This document shows, piece after piece, positions 48,349-58,770 of a stretch of DNA of 64,000 bases. Below the pieces are notes generated by a model. The model worked only from the letters and a program-made list of their open reading frames with translations, had not been told where the DNA came from and made no database searches. Every line of letters starts with the position of its first letter. Position 1 is the first letter of the stretch. The DNA is from an uncultured Fibrobacteria bacterium (GTDB taxonomy: Bacteria > Fibrobacterota > Fibrobacteria > UBA11236). The stretch covers positions 1,600,001-1,664,000 of the forward strand of contig OY970309.1 of assembly GCA_963716395.1 (NCBI GenBank), read 5' to 3'. The position numbers and the translations under genes are program-made.

Positions 48349-48963
48349 ATGGGTCGGCTCGGCTTTGTCTTGTGCCTGGCGTTTGTCGTGCCATCGTGGA
48401 CGCAAACGCGCACCTGGGCTTTTGCCCAGGACACCGTGCATGAATGGTTGTGGGATTCGCTGTCTGGATGGTATGGACGCGATACGCTTCGGATCGAAAA
48501 TAATTCCGCCGACACCTTGCGGTTCGACAGCTCGCAGGCGACCATCGTTTCGCCTCCCGGCGTGTTCTTCGAAGGCTTGATCGAGGCGGCCCCGCGCATT
48601 ACCGGCGGTGGTGGCGTCATCGCCTATGCCCCGCCGCAAATCGGTTACGTCTACGAGTTCACCATATTGCAGGACGATTTTTTTTTCCCGCCGCAATCCA
48701 CCGGCGATATTTTCCGTATCTCCTTGGATGCGGCCAAAATCAACGACACCGAGACGGTGCGCGACTCTTTGGTTTTCCAATTGGTGCTTTTTTCCGGGCG
48801 CACCGCGGACACGGTGTATATCAAAGGCGGGGCCTGTTGTGTGACGCCGGTGCTGCGGTTGGGCCGCCCGCCCCCGACGCCCGCGGCCATCAAGCCGTAC
48901 TTTGATCTGCGCGGCCGTCGCGTCGAACGCGCCTTACAGGCGTTTTATTTGAAAGAACCGTGA
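48349..48963 (+). CDS. Exported hypothetical protein with FCB-type C-terminal tail
   Basis: Signal-like N-terminus, GAGGGGG RBS, tail PYFDLRGRRV. Confidence 0.7.
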   Translation: MGRLGFVLCLAFVVPSWTQTRTWAFAQDTVHEWLWDSLSGWYGRDTLRIENNSADTLRFDSSQATIVSPPGVFFEGLIEAAPRITGGGGVIAYAPPQIGYVYEFTILQDDFFFPPQSTGDIFRISLDAAKINDTETVRDSLVFQLVLFSGRTADTVYIKGGACCVTPVLRLGRPPPTPAAIKPYFDLRGRRVERALQAFYLKEP

Positions 48964-49015
48964 TGGATTGCAAACAGCCGACGGCGGGGAGTGGGCCGAT
49001 GGGGCCGCCATCCCC

Positions 49016-52000
49016 ATGAACTCGCGGCCCATCCTTCGCCTCGCTGTGGTCTTGGGGTTCGGCGCGTGGGCCGCGCTTCCCCTGCCGGCGTCGCCCAATT
49101 TTGTCCCGGTCGCCGCGGGTGGGAACAACGCCGGGCCTTTGCTGTTGTACAACTGCCGCGGTGCCGATCCCATCGCCCGCTTTCAAGCGGAACGCCCGGC
49201 CTTCTCCGGCCTCCCCAGCCACTATGCGCGCGCCATTTTCCGGCCCCTTCCCAACGACAGCGTTTTCCATGCCGTGCTCCGCGTCGGAAAGTTCCGCAAG
49301 CTGGGCGGTGTCTTCGCCCGTGAGAACGGCCGGGTTCTGGAGGTTTGGACCGTGAACTTGCAGGGGCAGAACCCGGCGAGCGTACGCGGCCGGCTGCGCA
49401 GCGATTTTCCCGATCTCTTCTTCAATCTCGTGCCCTACAGCTACGAGGACAAGCTGACGCCCAAGCTGTACGGCCTGAAGAGCTTTGCTCCGGGCGAGCA
49501 AAACGCGCAGACCGATAAAATTTTCGCCCACGTCTATTTCTTTCCCGATGTGACGGCGGCCCGGCAGAATCAAATTCTGCACACCTATATCGCGCCCGAA
49601 GATTTTCTGCACAGTCCGTATACGGCCGAGATCCGCGGCACCTTGGGGCAATTGCAGGCCTTGGCCCGCGTCGACGAGGTCAGCCGCGTCACCGAAGCCG
49701 ACACCATTCCCAAATTGACCAGCGACGTGTCGCGCGCCGCAATCGGCGTCGATAGCGTGCAGACCATCGACACTGCGGCGGCGGCGCCCGACACGGGTTG
49801 GCTCGACAACCCGCCCTATGCCGACGACTATTTCGGCCGCGGCGTGGTGGTCGGGGTTTACGACGAAGGCATTGACACCAGTGCCAACGATATGAGCCCC
49901 AACGATTTCAAAGAACAGGTTGCAGCGACCGAGGTCCGAACCCGCCGGGCCGATCCCGACCTTCCCTGGGAAGAGGGCAACGATCCCACGGGCTTTGATG
50001 ATTGGGTTACGGTGCATGGCAACCACGTGGCCGGCATCATCGGCGGCAACGGTTGGAACAGCGCCGCCAGCGGCGGCACGCCCTACTTGTGGCGCGGCAT
50101 CGCGCCCAAATGCCTCTTCATCAGCCAGGGGCCGTTCGAGCGCGGCTTCGCAGGCGACGTCAACAACCATTCTCACATCATCGACGAATCCGCTCCGGGC
50201 TATTACACCGACGCCGACAGTGCAGTCGACGGCGTCATCCACAACCACGCCCTGACCCATACCATGGTGTACGCGGCCGCGAACAACGGCATCAGCGGCT
50301 ACGGCGCCCAACGCGGGTACTATTCCATTTTGTCCAACGCCAAAAACGCGATTACCGTGGGCGCGGTATACCAAGATACGGCTTTGCGGGCCGCCTTCAG
50401 TTCCATGGGTCCGACTCGCGATGGCCGCATCAAGCCCGACGTGATGGCGCCGGGCGCCTCCTATGATTATCCGGATCGCAGCGTGATCCCCATGCACGTG
50501 GAAATCGACTACATCCGCATCCGCCGTCCCAACAACGTCACGGCCGCGGCCTGGGAATTCAACACCGACGGCGACAATGAGGGCTGGACCGGTTCGAACC
50601 CTTATTACACGGCCAACGAGCAGGTGGCGGGCGGCATGCTCAGCTTCGACGTGAAATGGCTCGGCGCGTGGCTCGAAGATACCGCCATCACCGGCTACAA
50701 CAGTAACCCCAATGATACGCTCATCATCAGTTACCGCATCTCCCATCCGCAAATACCTTCCAAGATGACCCGGCTGCGCGTCGGGTTGTCTTGGGACACC
50801 ATCGATTACACCAACGACATGGTGCGTTTTTCCCTGCCGACGCCCGACACCGTGAATTTCCAGGTCGTCAAATTCCGCTTGCGCGATTTATACGGCTTCC
50901 TGAGCCCCGACGACGCCACCAACGGGTGGCAGCCTTGGCCCACCCAAGGATCGTTGCGCATCACCAAGCTGTACCTGGCCCTGCATTCGGACACCCTGGA
51001 ATTCATCACCTCGGTCAACGCCACGGCCCGCAACGCTCCGCGCTACATGCAGCAGCAGGGAACCTCGATGGCCGCTCCGCATGTGACCGGGCTCGTGGCC
51101 TTGATGTTGGAAAAATGGGCCAAGGTGGTGGTGCCGGGCGCGAACCTCGACACTCAGGGCCCCTGGAACAGCACGGTCAAAGCCATCTTGGTGCATACGG
51201 CCACGGATCTGGTGAACACCGCGCCCACGGAATGGGAAGTCCCCAACATGCCCGACACCTGGGCCACGGTGAATCCGGATCTGTGCGTTCCCGTCAATGG
51301 TCAATGCACGCGCCAGACCAGGACGCAAAGCTTCGTGAAATACTACGCCGGCCCCGATTATGCGACCGGCTACGGATTGATCAACGCCCCCAAGGCGTTG
51401 GCGTACACCGATTCCAACCACATCGTGCAGGATTCCCTCCGTCGGCAGGACGGGAGTAAAACCTACGCCTTCACCGTGCCCGCGGGCGTGGAGCATTTTC
51501 GGGTTTCCTTGGCTTGGGACGATTTGCCCGGCGACCCGTCGCTGCCCATCGATCAAATCAAATTGGTGAACGATCTTGATTTGAGCGTCGTCAGCCCGAG
51601 CGGCCGGGTCTTTTATCCCTGGGTCTTGGATTCGCTGCCCCAGAACATCGTCAATAACCAGCCGCCGGCCGACGGGCTCGACCCCATCGATTCGGCCGAC
51701 ATCCAGCCCGCTTACAAAGGCATCAACACCCACGACAACGTCGAAGTGGTCGACGTCGACAGCGGCGGCCTGACGCTGGCGGCGGGAACGTGGCAAGTCG
51801 TGGTGCGCGCCACCCAGGTCATGGCCGGCGACAAACAGGATTTTTCGTTGGTGTCGGATTACACCTTAGGTCCGGCTTCGGTCTCGGGTCAAGCGGCGGG
51901 GGGACAAAGCGCCGCCCCGGCAACGTCGGCCCCGGCCTTGAGCGCGGCCCCCGTTTCCGCCCTGTCCGCACCTGTAAACACGCAGGTTACCCAGGAACCG

Positions 52001-52420
52001 GTTTTTGCCACGGCCATGGGATCCAATCCCGGGGTGGTCGGCGTGACCGGCGCTGCTTCCGTGTCCGCGGCTGCGATTCCAGCCCCCACCCCGATGCCAC
52101 CGATTGCTTCGGCCGGGTTGGGCCCGACGGCGCCTGTGAATCCGCCGGGGCCCGGGTCCCAGGTGTTCGCGGCCGGTGCTCCGAAAAGTTCGGCTTCGAC
52201 CGCGCTCCACCGTACGGTCTGGAAAACGCCGGATGAACTCTTCCCGACCCATTCAAACGGAAGCTGTGACGATGCTAACAAAATATTTTCTTCCGCCGGC
52301 GTCCCGGGTCCTTCGGCCTTGCAGGTCTGCGCCGATGGTCCGGCCCCCTCATCGCTGTGCCGCTCTCCCGCCGCCAATTCGGCGATACCCGCCGGTACCG
52401 ATGCGGGCTGGTGCGACTAA
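49016..52420 (+). CDS. Large secreted S8 (subtilisin-like) serine peptidase
   Basis: Catalytic triad VGVYDEG / HGNHVAGII / GTSMAAPHVTG; AFSSMGPTRDGRIKPDVMAPG; C-terminal SLAWDD...LVNDLDL beta domain. Confidence 0.93.
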   Translation: MNSRPILRLAVVLGFGAWAALPLPASPNFVPVAAGGNNAGPLLLYNCRGADPIARFQAERPAFSGLPSHYARAIFRPLPNDSVFHAVLRVGKFRKLGGVFARENGRVLEVWTVNLQGQNPASVRGRLRSDFPDLFFNLVPYSYEDKLTPKLYGLKSFAPGEQNAQTDKIFAHVYFFPDVTAARQNQILHTYIAPEDFLHSPYTAEIRGTLGQLQALARVDEVSRVTEADTIPKLTSDVSRAAIGVDSVQTIDTAAAAPDTGWLDNPPYADDYFGRGVVVGVYDEGIDTSANDMSPNDFKEQVAATEVRTRRADPDLPWEEGNDPTGFDDWVTVHGNHVAGIIGGNGWNSAASGGTPYLWRGIAPKCLFISQGPFERGFAGDVNNHSHIIDESAPGYYTDADSAVDGVIHNHALTHTMVYAAANNGISGYGAQRGYYSILSNAKNAITVGAVYQDTALRAAFSSMGPTRDGRIKPDVMAPGASYDYPDRSVIPMHVEIDYIRIRRPNNVTAAAWEFNTDGDNEGWTGSNPYYTANEQVAGGMLSFDVKWLGAWLEDTAITGYNSNPNDTLIISYRISHPQIPSKMTRLRVGLSWDTIDYTNDMVRFSLPTPDTVNFQVVKFRLRDLYGFLSPDDATNGWQPWPTQGSLRITKLYLALHSDTLEFITSVNATARNAPRYMQQQGTSMAAPHVTGLVALMLEKWAKVVVPGANLDTQGPWNSTVKAILVHTATDLVNTAPTEWEVPNMPDTWATVNPDLCVPVNGQCTRQTRTQSFVKYYAGPDYATGYGLINAPKALAYTDSNHIVQDSLRRQDGSKTYAFTVPAGVEHFRVSLAWDDLPGDPSLPIDQIKLVNDLDLSVVSPSGRVFYPWVLDSLPQNIVNNQPPADGLDPIDSADIQPAYKGINTHDNVEVVDVDSGGLTLAAGTWQVVVRATQVMAGDKQDFSLVSDYTLGPASVSGQAAGGQSAAPATSAPALSAAPVSALSAPVNTQVTQEPVFATAMGSNPGVVGVTGAASVSAAAIPAPTPMPPIASAGLGPTAPVNPPGPGSQVFAAGAPKSSASTALHRTVWKTPDELFPTHSNGSCDDANKIFSSAGVPGPSALQVCADGPAPSSLCRSPAANSAIPAGTDAGWCD

Positions 52421-52574
52421 TCCATCCCCATCGCGGGGGAGAGGTTATCCGAACCAGGCCAGCGCCGGCGCGGAGTTTCTTGCGAAAAGACGGGGTCCGG
52501 CTGCGAAAAGGGAAAATTCCGTCCGGGCCGCCCGGCTGCGCCGTGTGGTACTCTGAAGGCGAAACGGAATAAGC

Positions 52575-53066
52575 ATGGATGCTTGGATGATTCCATTCGC
52601 CCGGCCCAGCCCGGGCAAGAAAAAAGCCTTCAAAGTGCTGGTCGCCGCTATGCTGGTTTTCTGGATGCCGGTTTTGGCCTTTATCGCCTACAAGGGTATG
52701 GTCGAGCCCTTGGTGGTGTTGGCCGACAAGGTAGAGACCCTGGGCGTGCTGGCGCCGCACGCCGCCGCTCCGGCGTCTGCGCGCTGGGCGCGGCAGGAGT
52801 ATCTCTACGCGGCGCAGGGCCGCATGTTGTTCTATCAGGGCAGCCGCCTGCGGTGGACGCAAAGCTCCCGGCGGATTTTGAAAATCTGGTACAACAAATT
52901 GCTCCCCCGCCTGGCTTTCATTCCCGACCGGTATTTCGCCGAACGCTTTCCGCCCTTCGCTTTGGCCTTCGGCCTGCCCCTGCTGTTCGGCGCCTATGTC
53001 CGCCTGATCCGGAAAGAAACCCTGCGCGGCTACATGTCCCGCCGCATCCGCGAAGAAGTGGGGTGA
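52575..53066 (+). CDS. Hypothetical membrane protein (2 TM)
   Basis: Two hydrophobic segments; host-like codon usage; fills the gap. Confidence 0.65.
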   Translation: MDAWMIPFARPSPGKKKAFKVLVAAMLVFWMPVLAFIAYKGMVEPLVVLADKVETLGVLAPHAAAPASARWARQEYLYAAQGRMLFYQGSRLRWTQSSRRILKIWYNKLLPRLAFIPDRYFAERFPPFALAFGLPLLFGAYVRLIRKETLRGYMSRRIREEVG

Positions 53067-53121
53067 AGGCCGCGGCTGTAGCCGGAAGGTGATGGTTGGA
53101 GGTACCCTTATTTAAAAGCCG

Positions 53122-53997
53122 ATGCCCGCCTCCAAAGCCGAACTCCATCGCCTGCATCCGCGCGAATACGCCGGGTTTACCTATGCCTATCCCGTTTTGT
53201 CGCGACGGTCGGGAGGCGTTTCCATCGGCGTAAATCTCAATCTCGACAAGCGGTGCAATTTCGACTGCCCTTATTGCCAGGTCGATCGCCGCACCCCGGG
53301 CCGCAAACAGCGCATCGATTTGGATCGCCTGCGCTTCGAGGTCGAAACTTTGCTCCACGCGGTCGAGGCCGGTGTCTGCCGCCTGCCGGCCTTCGACGCC
53401 TTGCCCGATGCCGACAAACGCTTGTGCGACGTGGCGCTGTCGGGCGACGGCGAACCGACTTCGGTTCCCGAGTTCGCCGACGTCTGCGCCTTGCTGCGCG
53501 AAATCCAGGGCGGACACACGCAGCTCGATTTCAAGCTGGTGCTGATTTCCAACGCCACCTTGTTCGACCGGCCGCGGGTGCAGGCGGGCATCGAGACCCT
53601 GCTGGCGAAGCAGGGAGAAGTGTGGGCCAAGCTCGACGCCGGCACCGAGGCTTGGTACCAGCGCGTCAATATCAGCCGGGTTCCGCTCGATCGCATCGAA
53701 GCCCATCTCGCCGACCTCGGCGCGCACCACCCTTTCAAGGTGCAGTCTTTTTTCTGCCGCCTGGGGGGCGAAGGTTGGGGCGACGACGAAGTCGCGGCTT
53801 ATCTCGAACGCCTGCGCCGCCTGCGCGACGGCGGCGCGCGCATTCTTGAAGTGCAGATCTACTCCCTGGCCCGGCCGCCGGCGCAGTCCGACGTAACACC
53901 GATGGAACGGGCGTTTCTCGATTCTATGGAAGCGCGGGTGCGGGCGCTGGGCCTGCCGGCCCGCGTATACGGCGACGAACACGGTGACGAGTCCTGA
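53122..53997 (+). CDS. Radical SAM protein (COG0731-like, uncharacterised)
   Basis: YPVLSRRSGGVSIGVNL, CNFDCPYC, SGDGEPT and WAKLDAG. Confidence 0.9.
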   Translation: MPASKAELHRLHPREYAGFTYAYPVLSRRSGGVSIGVNLNLDKRCNFDCPYCQVDRRTPGRKQRIDLDRLRFEVETLLHAVEAGVCRLPAFDALPDADKRLCDVALSGDGEPTSVPEFADVCALLREIQGGHTQLDFKLVLISNATLFDRPRVQAGIETLLAKQGEVWAKLDAGTEAWYQRVNISRVPLDRIEAHLADLGAHHPFKVQSFFCRLGGEGWGDDEVAAYLERLRRLRDGGARILEVQIYSLARPPAQSDVTPMERAFLDSMEARVRALGLPARVYGDEHGDES

Positions 53998-54307
53998 GAT
54001 GCGCCCCACCTGGATTCTGCTGCAACTCGTCAACCTGCTGCTGGGCGGCGCCTCGGCCTATGTTTTCTACTTCGTCCCCGGCGTATGGATGGATCAGGCC
54101 CAGCTCTATTTCTGCCTGGCGGGCGTGGCCGCGGCCCTGCTCACCGTGTTGTTCGCCGGCGGCGCGCTGGTGGCCGGCGGCGACGGACTGGCGGCCGTGC
54201 ACGGGTTGTTGGGCCTGGCGTTTCTGGGTGCGCAAGGCTTCTGGCTGTGGCGTTTCGGCCAGCACGCGGGTCTTATCCACTTCGTGCGCCGCGCTTTCAA
54301 CCTCTGA
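53984..54307 (+). CDS. Small hypothetical membrane protein (3 TM)
   Basis: Highly hydrophobic ORF overlapping the radical SAM stop and abutting rsmE. Confidence 0.65.
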   Translation: MTSPEMRPTWILLQLVNLLLGGASAYVFYFVPGVWMDQAQLYFCLAGVAAALLTVLFAGGALVAGGDGLAAVHGLLGLAFLGAQGFWLWRFGQHAGLIHFVRRAFNL

Positions 54308-54310
54308 ACC

Positions 54311-55024
54311 GTGTCGCCGCTTTTCGACGAAACCTGGTTTTATGCCCCGGCCGAACAAGCAGGCGCTTCGCTGCCCTTGCCCGCCGACGAAGCCCATCAC
54401 GCGCTGCGCGTGCTGCGGCTGCGCTCGGGTGCGGGCATCGTGGTGACCAACGGAGCAGGTGCGGTATTCCACGCCCGTTTCGAAGTGCGCGGCCAGGGCA
54501 CCATGATCCACGTGCTTGATTGCGTGCGTCGCGAACCGCGCCCGCCGGGCTGGAGTCTGGCCCTGGGCCTGCTTCCCGGCCGCGAGGCCGAAGAGCCGGT
54601 GGCCGCCGCCTGCGAATTCGCCTTGTCCGACGTGTATTTGCTGCACACCGACCACAGCGGCGACTTTCCCCGACAAAACTTCGACAAGCTCCTGGCGCGG
54701 CTGCGGCAGAAAAGCCTGGTCGCTCTGAAGCAGGCGAAAAAGCCCTGGCTCACCCGCATTCATGCACCCGAAGCTCTGCGCGTTTGGCGCGAACGGCATC
54801 GGGGCACGGCCCTGGTGGTCGCGCATCCGGGTGAAACGACCGTACCAAACAAGTTACCTTCGGAATTGCATCTTCTCACCGGCCCGGCGGGCGGCTTTTC
54901 GCCGGAGGAAGTGGAATACCTGTTCGCCCAGGAAAACGTCTCGCGTCTCGACCTCGGTCCCACGCGCCTGCGCGCCGAGCACGCCCCCCTCGCGGCGCTG
55001 GGAAATCTATGGGGCCGGTGGTAA
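54311..55024 (+). CDS. rsmE: 16S rRNA m3U1498 methyltransferase family (divergent)
   Basis: EAHHALRVLRL, GPAGGFSPEE and LGPTRLRAEHA (SPOUT knot). Confidence 0.8.
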   Translation: MSPLFDETWFYAPAEQAGASLPLPADEAHHALRVLRLRSGAGIVVTNGAGAVFHARFEVRGQGTMIHVLDCVRREPRPPGWSLALGLLPGREAEEPVAAACEFALSDVYLLHTDHSGDFPRQNFDKLLARLRQKSLVALKQAKKPWLTRIHAPEALRVWRERHRGTALVVAHPGETTVPNKLPSELHLLTGPAGGFSPEEVEYLFAQENVSRLDLGPTRLRAEHAPLAALGNLWGRW

Positions 55025-55029
55025 TCCCG

Positions 55030-55620
55030 TTACGGTCCGTTGCCGCAGCCTTCGGGATTTTCGTCTGCGGCGCGTAGGGTTTCGAATTCGCCGACGTCGG
55101 CCGCGGGCGTGAACACCAGGCTGTCCCGGCCGCCGGGATGCCAGGTCAGTACGAGCTGTTTGAACGGCGCCCCCGAAAAGCGCGCGGCCACCGTGTCGTT
55201 CACATGTTCCAAAGCCGCGTCGCCGGCGGAGTCGATCTCCACCGCGATGTTGCCGGTCCAGGGATGGCGCACGACCCGTGCGATGCGGCCGCCGCCGAGC
55301 GAATCGCAGAATTCGCATTGCCATTGCGGCCGGCCCGTGCTGTCGGGATCGAGTTGCAAGGTGCCGGGCTCGGAATCGCAGGGCAGGTAAATCGCCCAGC
55401 CCTGGCCTTGAATCCACGATACGCGGGTCCAGGTGCGTGGCAAGGTATCGAGGATTCGGCGGATGCCGGAGTCGCCCGTCGCCGTGTCGGCGGCCGAGGT
55501 CAAGGTGTGCATGAAGTCGCGATTGACTTTTTGTTTTTGCCGCCAGGCCGCGTAGAACAGGATTCCCCACAGCAGGAAAGCGGTGGAGAACAGTACAATC
55601 ACAATTTTTTTTCCGGTCAC
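55030..55620 (-). CDS. Hypothetical membrane-anchored exported protein
   Basis: GTG at 55620 gives VTGKKIVIVLFSTAFLLWGILF, a TM anchor. The longer ORF-track start overlaps pgi and is rejected. Confidence 0.65.
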   Translation of the reverse strand: MTGKKIVIVLFSTAFLLWGILFYAAWRQKQKVNRDFMHTLTSAADTATGDSGIRRILDTLPRTWTRVSWIQGQGWAIYLPCDSEPGTLQLDPDSTGRPQWQCEFCDSLGGGRIARVVRHPWTGNIAVEIDSAGDAALEHVNDTVAARFSGAPFKQLVLTWHPGGRDSLVFTPAADVGEFETLRAADENPEGCGNGP

Positions 55621-55737
55621 CGCTTGCCTCGCCGCCCGTCGCGGCCAGGCAGAAATTAGCTCCTTTGCCGCGCGCAGATGCGAAACGGGGCCGCGCGCTC
55701 CGGTTATATTTTTCCCCACATCGATTCGGAGTGAAGC

Positions 55738-57417
55738 ATGACTGTATTGACCGACCGCGCCGCCTGGAAAGATTTGGTCCGCCACCACGCCGAGGCTTCC
55801 GCGTGGCGGCTGAAGGATTTGTTTGCCCGCGACCCGGGCCGCGCCGGGCGCTATGGCGCCGAAGCGTGCGGCCTGTACCTCGATTACAGCAAGAACCGCG
55901 TGAACGACGAGACACTGCGTCTTTTGCGCGCGTTGGCGGAGCAGGCTGGCGTCGAAGCCGCGCGCGCCGCCATGTTTCGGGGCGACAAAATCAATTTCAC
56001 CGAGCAACGCGCCGTGCTGCACACCGCGTTGCGCCATCAAGGGCCCGACCCGGTGGTGCTCGACGGCGAAGACGTGATGCCCAAGGTGCGCGCCGTGCTG
56101 GCCAAGATGCAGGCGTTTTGCGGCCGCGTGCGTTCGGGTGCATGGCGGGGTCATACCGGCAAGCCCATCCGCCACGTGGTCAACATCGGCATCGGCGGAT
56201 CGGACCTCGGTCCGGTCATGGTGACCGAGGCGTTACGCCCGTACGCCTATGACGACGCCGGAAACCGGGTGCTGGAAGCGCATTTCGTCTCCAACGTCGA
56301 CGGTACGCACCTGGCCGAGACCCTGCGCCGGGTCGAGTTGGATCAAACTTTGTTTCTCGTGGCTTCCAAGACCTTCACCACCTTGGAAACCATGACCAAC
56401 GCGCATGCCGCCCGCAGCGCCCTGCTGCAAAACCTGGGCGGCGACACGGCGGCCGTAGCCAAACATTTCGTCGCGCTCTCCACCAATATTCCCGCGGTGC
56501 GGGACTTCGGCATCGATCCCGACAACGCGTTCGAGTTCTGGGACTGGGTGGGCGGCCGCTATTCGTGCTGGAGCGCCATCGGCCTTCCCATCGCGCTTTC
56601 CATCGGTTTCGAGAACTTCGCCGCTTTTCTACGCGGCGGCGCCGCCATGGACCGTCATTTCTGCGAAGCCCCGATGGAGCGCAACCTGCCCGTCATCTTG
56701 GCGTTACTGGGTGTTTGGTACGCCGATTTTTTCGGCGCCGAAACCCTTGCCGTGCTGCCCTACGACCAATATCTTCATCGTCTTCCCGCCTATTTGCAGC
56801 AGGCCGACATGGAATCGAACGGCAAGTTCCGCACGCGCGCCGGCGAACGGGTCGATTACCCCACCGGTCCCATCGTCTGGGGCGAACCCGGCACCAACGG
56901 CCAGCACTCTTTTTACCAATTGATCCATCAGGGCACGCGCCTCATTCCCTGTGACTTCCTCGCGCCCATGCAATCGCACAATCCCCTGGGGTCGCAGCAC
57001 CGCATACTGCTGGCCAATTGCTTCGCCCAAACCGAGGCGCTGATGGTCGGGAAAACCCTGGAAGAGGCCGAAGCCGAATTGCGCGCCCAAGGCATGCCGA
57101 CCGAGGCGGCCAAGTCGCTGGCGCCGTACAAGGTGTTCGAGGGAAACCGGCCCACCAACACCATTGTCTTTGCCAAGCTGACCCCGGAAATTTTGGGATC
57201 GCTGGTCGCGCTTTACGAGCACAAAATTTTCACCCAGGGAGTGATTTGGGGCATCAACAGTTTCGATCAAATGGGCGTGGAACTGGGCAAGCAATTGGCC
57301 AAAACCTTGCTCACCGAGATGAAAGCGGGCGAAAAAGACTCGGCCCTCGCGCCGCGGCACGATGCTTCGACCAATGGGCTGTTGCGGTATTACTGGGCGC
57401 ATCGGGCCGGGGCGTAA
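55738..57417 (+). CDS. pgi: Glucose-6-phosphate isomerase
   Basis: [41 protein letters not shown] and [10 protein letters not shown]. Confidence 0.97.
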   Translation: MTVLTDRAAWKDLVRHHAEASAWRLKDLFARDPGRAGRYGAEACGLYLDYSKNRVNDETLRLLRALAEQAGVEAARAAMFRGDKINFTEQRAVLHTALRHQGPDPVVLDGEDVMPKVRAVLAKMQAFCGRVRSGAWRGHTGKPIRHVVNIGIGGSDLGPVMVTEALRPYAYDDAGNRVLEAHFVSNVDGTHLAETLRRVELDQTLFLVASKTFTTLETMTNAHAARSALLQNLGGDTAAVAKHFVALSTNIPAVRDFGIDPDNAFEFWDWVGGRYSCWSAIGLPIALSIGFENFAAFLRGGAAMDRHFCEAPMERNLPVILALLGVWYADFFGAETLAVLPYDQYLHRLPAYLQQADMESNGKFRTRAGERVDYPTGPIVWGEPGTNGQHSFYQLIHQGTRLIPCDFLAPMQSHNPLGSQHRILLANCFAQTEALMVGKTLEEAEAELRAQGMPTEAAKSLAPYKVFEGNRPTNTIVFAKLTPEILGSLVALYEHKIFTQGVIWGINSFDQMGVELGKQLAKTLLTEMKAGEKDSALAPRHDASTNGLLRYYWAHRAGA

Positions 57418-57527
57418 GGCGGACGAAATTCGGTGCGCACGACGTTTTTTGGCGGCCAAAGCAGGCGAAATTGGGGGTAAGGATGTGGCAGGTAAATTTT
57501 ATGTATAACCGTTACACTTGGTACAGA

Positions 57528-58667
57528 ATGATTTCCGGGTCGAAGCGAACGGCGGCCGCCCTGGCGGTGCTGGTTTTGGGATTCTCGGGTTGTCAGAAAA
57601 GCAATAACGGCAACGAAATCCTCATCGGCGAGTACGGGTCGATGACCGGCGCCACCGCCACCTTCGGACAAAGCAATCACCGCGGCGTCGAAATGGCCAT
57701 GGACGCGGCCAATGCCGCCGGCGGCGCCTTGGGCAAGAAGTTTCGCGTGATTCTGGAAGACGATCAGGGCGAACCCGAAGAGGCGCAAACCGCCGTGACC
57801 AAGCTCATCACCAAGGATCGCGTGGTGGCCATCGAAGGTGAAGTGGCGTCGTCGAACAGCCTGGCGGCCGCGCCCATCTGCCAGCAATACCATATTCCCA
57901 TGGTCAGCGGCTCGTCGACCAATCCCAAGGTCACCGAAGTCGGGAATTACATCTTTCGCGTATGTTTCATCGATCCCTTTCAGGGCCGGGTGATGGCCAA
58001 GTTCGCGACGCAAAGCCTGCATTTGACCCGCGTCGCGGTGCTCCGCGACGTGAAGTCGGATTATTCCGAAGGCCTCTCCGACGTGTTCGTGAAAGAGTTC
58101 AAGGGCATGGGCGGCACCATCGTGGCCGACGAAAGTTATAGCCAGGGCGACAAGGATTTCGCCGCCCAACTCACCTCGATCAAATCCAAGCAGCCCGAGG
58201 CCGTGTACGTTCCCGGCTATTACACCGAAGTCGGGCTTCTCGCGCGCCAGGCCCGCGAATTGGGGCTCAAGGTTCCCTTGCTGGGCGGCGACGGCTGGGA
58301 TTCGGAAAAACTGTGGGCTATCGGCGGCGAGGCCCTGAACGGCTGCTACTTCTCGAACCACACCGCCATGGACGATCCCAATCCCGCCATTCAGAAATTC
58401 GTGGCCGATTACAAGGCCCGCTACCACACCGAGCCCGACGCCTTGGCGGCGCTGGGCTACGACGCGGCTGCGCTCATCGTCGACGCCATCAAGCGCGCGG
58501 GCAGTGACAACCCCGACAGCGTCCAGATGGCCCTGGCCGCCACCAAGGATTTTCAGGGCGTGGCCGGCAAGGTCACCCTGGATGCGCATCGCAATGCCAT
58601 CAAATCGGCGGTGGTGCTCGAAGTCGAGAACGGCAAGTACGTGTACAAGGAAACCATCGCACCTTGA
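57528..58667 (+). CDS. Branched-chain amino acid ABC transporter substrate-binding lipoprotein (LivJ/K-like)
   Basis: Lipobox LGFSGC; STNPKVT, IFRVCFIDPFQG, DFAAQLT, LGGDGWDS and ALGYDA. Confidence 0.92.
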   Translation: MISGSKRTAAALAVLVLGFSGCQKSNNGNEILIGEYGSMTGATATFGQSNHRGVEMAMDAANAAGGALGKKFRVILEDDQGEPEEAQTAVTKLITKDRVVAIEGEVASSNSLAAAPICQQYHIPMVSGSSTNPKVTEVGNYIFRVCFIDPFQGRVMAKFATQSLHLTRVAVLRDVKSDYSEGLSDVFVKEFKGMGGTIVADESYSQGDKDFAAQLTSIKSKQPEAVYVPGYYTEVGLLARQARELGLKVPLLGGDGWDSEKLWAIGGEALNGCYFSNHTAMDDPNPAIQKFVADYKARYHTEPDALAALGYDAAALIVDAIKRAGSDNPDSVQMALAATKDFQGVAGKVTLDAHRNAIKSAVVLEVENGKYVYKETIAP

Positions 58668-58743
58668 AACCACCCGGGCGCGGACGATATTAAGTCGAGG
58701 CCCTAGAGCCCCGGCGCCACGGGCGGGTCTTTGGGGAATTGCG
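58570..58743 (+). repeat. Direct repeat copy 1 (174 bp; livJ 3' end + spacer + 3' tip of an Imm72-like gene)
   Basis: Ungapped alignment to 63046-63219 with 18 mismatches by hand count (about 90% identity). Confidence 0.95.
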
Positions 58744-58770
58744 GAGTCCATTCCCTAAGTTTTTGGATGA

